From Azolla caroliniana (Eukaryota; Plantae; Polypodiophyta), in NCBI GenBank assembly GCA_043228905.1, contig JBHGNT010000017.1, positions 14,880,001 through 14,944,000 of the forward strand: a stretch of 64,000 nucleotides of DNA, in the 5' to 3' direction. The position numbers and the translations under genes were made by a program. The notes under the pieces are model-generated. The model did not search any database. It was not told where the DNA came from and saw nothing but the letters and a program-made list of their open reading frames with translations. Positions 23,402-34,656 of the stretch are shown here, one piece after another. How positions within the stretch are numbered: the first letter of the stretch is position 1; each line of letters begins with the position of its first letter.

Positions 23402-26283
23402 AGAAAACCGTCCCTTAGCGCAATCGGTGTATGGCGCGCGCGAACTGGCTCTTCACGCGTGTGCACCCTTTAATGTATATAATAGAGGATTGGGTACAAA
23501 GATAGATCGCAGGTAGTTAGATTCGGTAGGTAGGAAGTTAATGAGAAAAACGGCTCCCTTCTTGAAGCTATAAAAGAGAGGGAGACGCGGGGAGAAAGGG
23601 ATCACGCATTGAGGAGGACGAAGTGCTGTCGAACCGTAACCGAACGCTTCTCCTCTGTTCATTCTCCATCGCTCTTCTCTGCAGGATTTCGGGAGGCTCG
23701 CGCTGCTTCGAGGAACGCCCGTGTGCTTCCGGCAGCACCTCCATCCTATCCCCTTTCGTGCACAGACGAACAGGCATCGGCATCTGTTCGCCGGCCTGTT
23801 CGGTTGTAACCGCTCGCGTGCTCTGTTGTTTTGTGTCATTTGTTAATATACAAACATTCGTATCTCTTTGTCTCTGTGTCCATTCGTGTTTTCTGCGCTG
23901 ACGGGCCGTGCCCCTGTGTTTCTTTGCTCATACGTAACCGGTCGTCTCTCTCTTTCTCTTTCCCCTCCTATCACCTGCTCTTCAGTTCGAGACCCCGGTG
24001 GTCCCGCCTCGTTTCTCCACGCACGCGCGTAGCAACGCGACAACGGTATCCGAAATCTGCTTCAACTCGCATTCTGGAGTCCGCGTCGACTCGCGATGAA
24101 GGTAGCGATAGTACGGGAACCAGAAACCTTTTCCGAAGCCGCGAAGGACCCGCGATGGATCGAAGCCATGAACGAGGAGATGCAGGCACTACGCAAGAAC
24201 GAGACATGGGATCTTGTTCCCACTTCACCAAACAAAAAGGCGATCGGATGCAGATGGATTTACAAAGTGAAGTACAATGCCGACAGTTCCGTCAACCGCT
24301 ACAAAAGCGCGACTCGTAGCAAAAGGATACGCTCTGACGCATGGCGTCGACTACGAAGAGATCTTTGCCCCGGTGGCAAAGATGACGACGGTCCGGACCG
24401 TAATTGCGCTTGCCGCGGCGAAAGGGTGGCACCTCCATCAAATGGACGTCAAGAACGCCTTTCTACAAGGCGAATTGGAAGAGGTGTACATGATACAACC
24501 ACCGGGCTTCAACTCGAGCACCCATCTGAAAGATGTATGTCGACTCAAGAAGCCACTCTACGGCCTCAAGCAAGCACTGCGTGCTTGGCATTCGAAGATA
24601 ACGCAATATCTTCATCAAATCGGCTTCCGTATGTCAAAATCGGACAACTCCCTCTACATACGAAGCGATTCCGCAAGTCTGATCGTCATCATCTTATATG
24701 TGGATGACCTAGTCATTGGAGGTGAGCATCTCGTCGAAATCAATAAGGTCAAAACCCTCCTTTTCGACAAGTTCAAGATGACGGACATGAAGGAACTCCA
24801 CTACTTCCTCAGCATTGAGGTAATTCGGACTCCGACCGGAATCATGATTTTTCAACGGCACTACATCCTCAACTTGTTATACAAGTTCGGTATGGCTAAG
24901 TGCAAATCTGTGGCAACCCCGCTGGATCGTAATCTCAAACTAGATGCGAACTCCGGTACCAAAGCGTGTGACCCAACTCAGTATCGGCAATTCATCGGGA
25001 GTCTCATCTACCTCACGATCACTCGACTCGATCTCAGTTATCCGGTCGGTCTCCTTAGTCAATTCATGCAAACACCGCGTGATACTTACTTGGATTGCGC
25101 TAAGCGAGTTCTACGATACGTGAGCGGCACAATGGATTGCGGCATCCTCTACAAGACCGCGATGCCAATACAACTTGAGGGGTACACAGACGCCGATTGG
25201 GCCGGCTACAAAGCCGATAGAAGATCAACCTCCGGATTTGTTTTCTCCCTCGATAGCGGAGCAATATCCTGGAGTAGCAAGAAGCATCTTACCGTTGCTC
25301 TTTCGAGCACAGAGGCGGAATACAGGGGTGCGACAGTGGCCGCATGTGAAGCCGTATGGCTCAAAAGCATACTTAAGGATCTGGGCGTACCCATCAAGGA
25401 TCTGACTTCCCTTTACTGCGACAACACGAGCAATATCTATCTGGCTCAGAACTCGGTGTTCCACGCGCGAACAAAGCACATCGAAGTGCACTATCACTTC
25501 ATCCGAGAGCGCGTTCCTTCTGGCGATGTCGACCTACAACACATTAGCACCAATCTTCAAACGACCGACATCTTCACTAAAGCCTTAGGAGTCGACAAGC
25601 TATGGCAATTCATGACCGATCTCGGATTGACGATCCCTGACCTGCCAAGCTTGAGGGGGAGTATTGAAGACACTACGCAATAACGCGTGGATTACGCAAC
25701 CGCGCAACGAAGCTGTGAAGAGCTGATCTACCGCGCAAAGCCGCGAAGAAAGACGCAAGCCGAAGCACAGACTTCGTAACTACGCACAACGCAAGCTGGA
25801 GCACGGATTCCGCAACTCCGCATAAATGCGAGCCGACGCGGACTCCGAAACACGAGTCGAAGCGGATTTCAGATACCGTCTGAAACCGACCCGACTTGAG
25901 CTTGAGGGGGCGTGTTGAGAATCAAGCTCAACTTGGTTTAGTGTGTAAACTCACCTTGAGAGTGAATAGACACTCCAACGGTCAAGAGTCACCATTAAGT
26001 CACCACTTTGTATTCTAGCATTTAGTATGAGTTATAGAATCATATTCTATGACACATAACTTATGAGCTTTCACATTCCCCATGCTCCACGAGCCTTGTA
26101 GTTAATGAAGAGAGAGGGTGACTACATAAAGCACCCTCCTCCCACCTTGTATTGTGTTGAGTCTTTCTCCTTTGTTAATATACTTTTACCTTGCGTATTC
26201 TCTGTGTCTTATTCCTTGTCTCACACACACACATAACTCATATCTCTTTCGCTTCACAAAAATCTATGTCTTGATTCTTTACA

Positions 26284-27900
26284 ATACCCTTCTATCCTTT
26301 GCATCTTTCCAAATTTCATATACATGATCCCATTGTATTTCTTCAATGTGTGGCCCATTCAATAAGACTCACATTAAATCATCTAAATGTTCTATATGCA
26401 ATCGATTTCTTTTCATCTCTTTGATGAGATTTTGCTTAGAGAACCCTCTCTCACACGAAACTGTGCTAGATGGAATAACCAAAGTAGCGTGCCATAATTT
26501 CATCAAATGAGGGAAACTATCTTGACAATCCTTCATTTTGCAAAACATACGCCAAGCTTCACGCATAGTGTAGCCTTCACAATTTAAATGTAAAGTGTCA
26601 ACAAACCTATAGAGTTCCATTTCACAAGCCTTTGCATAATGTAAAATTTGAAGACATGCATTGACATCAACATTTGGTTGTAAGTGAGAAATCAAAATTC
26701 CTAGCCATGTCTTTGCTTTACTATCCCTAATCACATCATCCTCTACATAATGGCATGGGTTGAATAATTTTGCTGCATTGAAGAGGCTTAAGCTTAAATC
26801 AGGGAACCTTGCATTTAGTCCATCAATAATCTTTTGCACATAATTTTGAGATATAGTTTAATACAACTTTCAAGTGATCCATCTATAAATGGCGTCATTC
26901 CCTTAGATTTTTCAATATTGAGATTCTTATCATTGTGACTTGCTTTATCCATGAGAATTTGTTTGAAGTATAGTTCATGTCTATATGTAATGCCATCTTT
27001 ATCCTGTATTTCCAAAAACCCAACTTTAGAACATCTTAAGAATTTGGATAAATACATTGTTCCATCTACAAATGTGTCATTTCTCAAGAAAGATCTTCGC
27101 AAATTAGAAATAGTAATATCAATTTTTGCACCAATTGAAGTTACATCCAAATTCTCTTTTTGAAGTTTCAAGCTCAAAATATTCATCAAATGCAACACAT
27201 CAACCATCATAAAAAAGCAAAATTGTACACTATAGATACAAACTTTATTATACCACTCTTTTAAGTTCTCTTTCTTCCAAATAGTAAGTATTGCAAGCAT
27301 TATACTCACTAGTCTTTCCATGACTTGACCACATGATGACAACCAACAAATATTATGAATTTGTAAGGGTCTATGAGCATCCAATCGCATTTGCTCCAAG
27401 AGCTCTAAAATTTCATGTGTTTGGTACTATTGTTAGCCTATGCATATACCTTATTTGAAATTTTTTGTACAAGAATGAGCTCACAGATATCTCTAGATAC
27501 ATCTAAAATAACCAATGCTTCTCTATGAGCAATACAATGTACACCAACCAAATTTGGGATACAATTTTTTATTAATGTTATTGTTCCAATTTCACTACCA
27601 ATCATTGATGACGCACCATCAATGGATAATCTAATGAACTTGTTCATGTTGAGGCATCAATCGCCTAATATGTTTAATATATGTTCATATATAGTTCTAC
27701 CTTTACCATTGGGAATTTTCAACAAACCCATATATTCAATTTCCTTAGGCCCACAACCACCAGATTGCAAGTATGTAATATACACAATGAGGTGCAACTC
27801 TAATCCATTGTCAGTACTTTCATCTAGCATCAAAGAGTAGATAGGGAATTGATTAAGTTTGAGCTTTGAATTTCTAGAAGATATTTCCCAAAGGCAACAA
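26284..27900 (-). pseudogene. hAT transposase (ZNF862/ZMYM1-like), degenerate
   Basis: YSLMLDESTD, DGASSM, VHCIAHR and the PSSTVSCERGFS dimerization motif. Confidence 0.85.
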
Positions 27901-28595
27901 AAAATTTAAATCACATAATTAGCTACTAATTAACTCTTGCTTAATTACCTAATTCTTAACATGGTATCAGAGCGCGTGGTTTAGAAAATCCACTAAGCTC
28001 ACCCAACTCCATGATTGTGTGTCCGAGACGCTGACAACAAAATCCGACTATTTGCTACGGTAGTGCCGCTACGTAACACGTGTACGTGACCGAAGAAAGA
28101 AAAGCAAAAGAAGAGAAGACACTAATCAACATGAACACACAAATGGGTAGCTCACTCCCTAGTGAAAAGCTAGATGGGAGCAATTATTCATCTTGGGAGT
28201 ACAAGATGAACCAATACCTTGTCGGCCAAGGGTATTGGAGCTACATCAACGACGCACATGAAAATCGACCCGACTCAAAGAACGCCGACTACACAACATG
28301 GGAGCAAGCGGTGAGTAGAGTCATGTATTGTTTGGCAACATGTGTCCACGACCACATACTTAGCCACATTCGAGACGCCAAGACGCCTAAAGAAGCGTGG
28401 CTGAACTAAGAAAATTTTCGCCGCCAACATGACCGCCTGAAAGCTTCAACTCTGACAAGAGTTGAACAACATTCGGCAAGAAGATATGTCTACGTTGGAC
28501 TACACCGCCAAGAGAGAGCATTTCCGACTTGCTTGGCTCCATCAACATAAACATCGACGAAGATGAGATGGTTCAAGTATGCTTGGGCGGCCTCG

Positions 28596-31500
28596 TGTCA
28601 TGAAATTCAATGGAACACGATCGCAGTTTAGAGGATTCCTTAATCAACTACGATTAGTCATTCAAATGCATCCTTCTCGATATCCCACCAATGCATCACG
28701 AGTGGGGCTAGTAGGCACTCTACTTAGTGGCACAACTTTGGCATGGTTCGCCCCCTTGTTAGAAAAAAGCTCTCCCTTGTTAAATAATTTCGAAGAGTTT
28801 ATTACCGAGTTTAAAGCCTGTTTTGGAGATACGGACAATATTAGAACAACAATCAACAAAATCCGAAGATTGCGCCAAGGTGAGCGGCTGCTGCGGATTT
28901 TCGACTTCTCACCACCGATATTCCCTGGGATGACTAGGCATTAATGGAGCAATTTCGTTTTGGCCTACGTAATGATGTTAAAGATTTACTCTTAACTTTC
29001 CCCAAGGAACCAAAGTCATTGACAGAAGCAATCAGTCATGTGTTGCGATGCAATAATCACCTCTTCGAACGACGTTCGAAACGTCAATTCCAAATGCCAA
29101 GGACAAGATCGGAGCCCACCTACGCTTCAATCATAACAAAGTCTTTACCAAGGGAGTCATTCAATACGTCTCCAACAAATACTTCGACTCCAATGGAAAT
29201 CGACACCACACGTCGTCACGAACCACTATCGGAAGAAGAAAAGCAATGACGCAGGGCAAATTGATTATGTCTTTATTGTGATGGACCGGGGTATATTGCA
29301 ATGAACTGCCCCCATCGGCTGAAAAGGCAGGTAAATCAAATAACCGCTAGTACTAATAGTACTAAACCCGAGTCTATTTCTCTAGGTGTGTCTGATAGTC
29401 CTAATAGCCCAAGACTTTCAAACAAATTTGAAATCCTTAGTCAACTAGAAGAAGAGTTAAACGATTAAGTTCAGTCAAAATAGGACCCGTTTGGTTGGAC
29501 AACCCTAGATCTGTGTAGCCCATTAGTGGTTCCATTTCCTCTAAGCAAGTGAGCAATGTGTTCTTAGCTCAAGTAATGGTTAGTACTAAAAGTACTCCTC
29601 TAGTACATGTCTTAACACTCTTAGATTCCGGAGCCAACTCTTGCTTCATGGATAGGAATTTTGCCCAAGCTCATCAGATATCCCTAAAAAAACTCCCATG
29701 TCCAACCTCTGTAGTAGTCATTGATGGTCGTCCCAATGCTTCCGGAAATATTATAGAAGAGTCAAAACTCGTTAATATTGTCCTAGATAACTTAGTGTGT
29801 GTAGTATCATTTAATATAATTAGTATCCCAGAACATCCCATTGTTTGGGATTACCACAGTTCGAATTACATAGCCCAGCCATAGATTGGAGAACAAGAGG
29901 AATACGGTGTCGACAAACCCGAGGATCTACTCATAAGATTGCAACCATTTCGCTACATCAGTTGCGCAAGGGAGGATGCAAGGAAAAAATGTTCCTCTTC
30001 GCAATATCAGTAAACCCCTCTAGTATCAATAAAGAGGAGTCCACCGTACAACTTCCAGAGAAGTATCGTCATTATGCCAATGTGTTCGATAAAGTACGAG
30101 CCAATACGCTTCCTCACCATCGACCGTATCATTGCCCCATCGATTTACAACCGGGAAAAGAGCCACCATGGGAATCGATCTACAATTTGTCACCAACAGA
30201 GCTAGAAGTCCTTCAAGCCTATATAGAGGAGAATTTGGCAAATGGTTTCATTTGACATTTGAAATCTCCAGCCGGCGCACCCATTTTCTTCGTCAAGAAA
30301 AAGGATGGACCACTTCGTCTTATCGTAGATTACCGTGGATTGAATAAAGTCACCATCAGGAATAGGTATGCACTTCCCCTTATCTTAAGTATTTTAGAAC
30401 AGATTAATGGTGCAAGGTTCTTCACAAAGATCGACTTACGAGGAGCGTATTACCTCGTACAGATCCAACCAGGAGATGAATGGAAGATTGCGTTTCGCAC
30501 CAGATATGGGCACTTCGAGTATATGGTCATGCCATTCAGCCTCACTAATGCGCCTACAATCTTCCAGCACATGGCAAATGATATATTCCAAGATCTCTTG
30601 GATGATTTTTTGATCATCTATTTGGATGATCTACTGGTTTATTCGAAGACCCAAGAAGAGCATGATTCTCATGTATTGTTAGTACTGAAACGACTTCGAG
30701 AACATGGTCTTTATGCAAAGCTGAAACGACTTGCTAAGGTCAAAATGGTGGTAGTGTGGCAAACTCCGCGTTTGTTGCGAGATGTGCAATGCTTTTTAGG
30801 CTTTGCCAATTTTTACCGCAAGTTCATACAGGATTACTCAAAGCTTGTTCTGCCTCTCACACAACTTACTAGGAAGGGAAAATCGTTCGTTTGGTCTAAA
30901 GAAGCGGGCATGGCTTTTGAGAGTCTTAAGAAGGCATTTACATCAGCTCCTATTTTATCTCATGTTGATCCAGAAAAACCATTCATCATTGAAGTAGACA
31001 CGTTGGATTTCGCCTTGGGTAACATTCTGTCTCAACAAGGCGATGATGAAAAGCTATATCCTATGGCTTTCCATTCATGCAAGTTTGACGCCGCGGAAAT
31101 CAACTATGAAATTCATGATAAGGAGCTATTAGCAATAGTGGACTCTTTTATGTAATGGAGGCATTTTCTAGAGGGGTCTTCTCATCAAGTCATCATATTC
31201 AGTGATCACAAAAACCTTGCGCACTTTCAAAATGCTCGTGTGTTAAATCGATGTCAAGCTCGATGGGCCCAATTCCTCACTCGTTTCGACTTCAAAATTA
31301 CATATCGTCCGGGGAAGCAATAAGGGAAGGTAGATGCATTATCATGGCGCTCGTATCTAGCACTGCATCCCGGTGAGCCGACTTTCGATAACCAAAAGCA
31401 AGTAATCCTGGGACCGGCACGACTGCAAGCAACGCAGGTCTTTGGTATGACCTTGGATTCCCACGTTATCGATACCATACGTGAGGACTTAAAGATAGAT

Positions 31501-33393
31501 GCTTTCGCTCAAGCCATGCTAGCACAAATTGATCCCTCTCGAGCGTATTGTTCACAGTCGCAACAACCAAGTACAGACTATCGACAATTCGAATGTCATG
31601 ATGGATTACTATTCTTTAAGAAACTCTTGTATGTTCCTAATGGTACTTGTCGCCTTCAAGTAGTCCAAAACTGTCATGACACATATACAGCTGGGCATTT
31701 TGGTAAAGTACTAAAACACTAGATTTAGTACAACAAAGATAATTCTGGTGCCCCATATGCGACAATTTGTCGAAGATTTTGTTCGGACTTGTGATACATG
31801 TTGCAGAGAAAAAATGCCAAGGCATCATCCATATGGTTTATTAGAACCATTACCAATTCCAAGCAAGCCATGGCAATCCATTGCCCTAGATTTCATCACA
31901 GATCTTTCGATCTCTAAGGGATTCAATGCGATCTTAATAGTAGTAGATCGATATACGAAGATGGCCCATTTCCTGCCATATACTAAGGAAATCTCTAGTG
32001 AAGAAATCGCCAAAATTGTCATGCGTGAAGTATGTCGGCGTCATGGCCTTCCTAATAGTATCATCAACGACTGTGGACCCCAATTCGTCTCGAAGTTCTA
32101 GAAGCACCTCTTTAAAATGGTTAAGGTCACTTGTAACCTCTCCTCCGGCTACCACCCACAAACCGACGGCCAAGTAGAACAAACAAATCAAACATTGGAG
32201 CAATATCTTCGATGCTTTTTAAGCTATCATCAAGATGACTGGGCGGAGATTCTCCACTTCGCCGAATTTGCGCATAATAACTCTGTCCACTCATTGACAA
32301 AGGTGACACCATTTTATGCTTACACGGGCTTTCACCCCCGGTGGTGTGTATTTGAAACCCTAGAGTCACCTAAAAATCCTTGTGCAGAGGATCGTTTGGA
32401 GCGGCTATGTAAGATACAAGCGGATTTATCTACTCATCTACAGGAAGCTCAACAAACACACAAGGTTTACGCGGATCGTCATCTGCTTCCATCTAGTTTT
32501 GACATTGGAGATTGGGTGTGGCTACTACGAAGACACATCAAGACTACTCGCTCATGCGAGAAGTTGGATTATCGGCGATTAGGTCCTTTTTGTATTATCA
32601 CAAAAATTAATGATGTCGCTTTTCGTCTCGATCTACCTCCACAACTTCGGATACATCCGGTGTTTCATAGTTCTCTCTTTGAACCCTATCAAGATAGCAT
32701 AATCCTAGGTCGTATTAAACAACCTCCACCCCCGATCAAGCTTGAAGATTCACCTAAGTAAGAGGTTGCTGCCATCCTCGATTCCAAGATTGTTCACAAT
32801 AAGCTCTACTATTTAGTTGATTGGCTAGGATATAGTCCTAGCGAGTGTACTTGGGAACCAATAGAGAATGTGATCAATGCTCGTGCTCTTCTTGAAGACT
32901 TCCATCGTTAATATCCAGACAAACCGGGTCCTCAATCCAAAACGACTTGTGACACTCGTCGTTTTAAAGGGGGGATAGTGTCATGATATGGCAAGACTCA
33001 AACCCATGACCTTATGTTACATTGGTTGAGCTCTTGACCATTAGACTATATGTCATAATACAAAGGACATTATTTTAAGTTTTACTATAGAAAATTGATT
33101 TTATTCCAGATTTCTCTGGAACATTCTACAAACTTCAGGAGTACTCCTGAGAACACTATAAAATGAGGCACAAGGCATTATTTCGAACCAAATCGGTTCA
33201 ACGCCAGTCCTAAGCCTCCTAGCTACTATTGTATATTCCCTTAACATAATATATATCTTTTGTTATCCTCATTCTCCCTCCCTCTCTCTCACTCACTCAC
33301 TCTTTCCTTCTCTCGAGAGTTCTACACCTCCCATAGTACTAATACTCATCTTTTAGTACTAATTCCTTCTCTGTCTTAGTACCGCTCCTAACA
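28596..33393 (+). mobile_element. Tcn1-like chromovirus (gypsy), degenerate; 5' LTR reduced to 8 bp, 3' LTR 32979-33393
   Basis: KFNGTRSQFRGF gag, LLDSGA, YLDD, GYHPQTDGQ, and chromodomain ILDSK..LYYLVDWLGY..TWEP at about 32760-32930. PPT AAAGGGGGGATA. TSD CCTCG/CCTCA. Confidence 0.85.
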
Positions 33394-33930
33394 CCTCACA
33401 CAACGATTCGATCAAATATAGATGGTAATCTTGGCGAGAGAAAACCCTCCTTCGTTCTTCGACCTCCAATCAATGTTATTGGTCGAAGAGAACCACATTC
33501 GAACCAAGACGAAGACGTTGGAGGGACAAATGTTCTTCTCAAGTTCAGACGGTGGCCAAGGACGAGTTCACGGCGCTAGAAGAGGTCAATTCGGCCCATC
33601 ACACGAAGGGAACTCAAACCTTCATGGAAGCCATCGAGGAACCTTTAGAAGAAGGGGGAGCTTCCATGCCGAACGAGGTCGCCAATTGAGGCCCGCAACT
33701 TGCAACTATTGCGGAAAAATTGGCCACCACGAGGAGTGCCGAAAAAGAAGAAGCGAGTCGGCTTCGACAAGTCGACAACTCACGAATTACGTCACCAACT
33801 CCGAATACGACGACTACGGTGGACTATTAGTAATGAGGCATAGAGCGAACTCTATGTCGGCCTCCAACTCCGCAAGCACCTCCAATTCGGAAGACGTGTG
33901 GTTCGTCGATTCAGGCGCCTCACATCACAT

Positions 33931-34477
33931 TGTTGGGAAATCGGTCTCTCTGGATAGGATCCGGTGATGAATAAAGAGGACCCGGTGAGAACCGGAAGAG
34001 ATCCGGAAACTAGAGGAGACCCGGTGAGAACTGGAAGAGAAGACATATCTGTAAATATGTTTTGAGTAAGCCTATTGAGGCTATATTTTTAAATAGCCCT
34101 AAGTTCATATAAGTATAAATATGACTTAGGTCAATCACTTTGTAAGGTTGTTGTAGTTGTCATACTGTTGTAACTGTTGTACAGAGAGCGACAGAGAGAG
34201 AGTGTGTGAGATACAGAGAGATACTCTGTTGTAACCGCCGGTTGGCGAAGATACAGAGCTTGAGGTCATTGCCTCCAAGGCTTTGATTGTACCTTTCTCC
34301 CATAGTGATAGTTGGAGTCCGTGTGCTCCAGTGGTTTTTCCCTATTTGGGTTTTCCACGTAAACATCCTGTGTATTTCCGTTGTGTACTCTCCATTTCCC
34401 ATTTCTGTGTTTCACTCTCATAGAATTGATTCAAAACTCGGATGTGGCTGAGCAATATTCCGCGCTAATCCTCAACA
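33931..34477 (+). mobile_element. Solo LTR of the Tork-like family (related to B, E and H)
   Basis: TGTTGGGA...CTCAACA flanked by TSD CACAT. Confidence 0.9.
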
Positions 34478-34617
34478 CACATGACATCCCACAAAGAGCG
34501 GTTCAATGACTTGCATAAACCGGATGTTGGAGTGTGAGACTGTCTGTGCGGAAACATCAATAGCACCTTGACATGATGATCATCGAGTGCACAAGTGAAG
34601 GCAACATTAGAGAATAG

Positions 34618-34656
<39 letters not shown>

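Larger units (their letters stand above)
17024..24042 (+). mobile_element. Full-length Ty3/gypsy C, tRNA-Trp-primed, 4-bp TSD
   Basis: 649-bp LTRs at 17024-17672 and 23394-24042. TSD ACGG. PBS TGGTGAACCCGACGTGA at 17677-17693. PPT AGGTGGGGGCGGA. Confidence 0.93.
15293..26283 (+). mobile_element. Rearranged copia: LTR 15293-15684, PBS 15685-15696, gag 15844-16630, inverted 3'-end copy, RT/RNase H 24096-25683, LTR 25913-26283
   Basis: TG...CA LTRs with near-identical U3. TSD ATACT/ATACC. YVDD and EAEY motifs. PR and INT absent. Confidence 0.85.
15150..27900 (-). mobile_element. Degenerate hAT DNA transposon: 3' TIR near 15150, 5' end deleted, interrupted by the copia at 15293-26283
   Basis: TAGTGTTGCC terminus with TTGCC.GTCAAA-like subterminal repeats, and a transposase pseudogene at 26284-27900. 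Confidence 0.7.
14957..34524 (+). mobile_element. Copia K (host of several insertions): 5' LTR split into 14957-15149 and about 27910-27961, PBS 27962-27973, gag 28131-28595 and 33394 onward, protease to about 34524
   Basis: Both LTR halves match the LTR at 60853-61294. PBS TGGTATCAGAGC. Peptides MNTQMGSSLPSEKLDG, CLGGL|QRF, CNYCGKIGH and WFVDSGASHH|MTSH. Confidence 0.8.

Noticed and set aside
27890-27899. AAAGGCAACA as the second hAT TIR
   Set aside because: It lies within transposase-coding sequence just before YSLMLDESTD and lacks the terminal bases and an 8-bp TSD.
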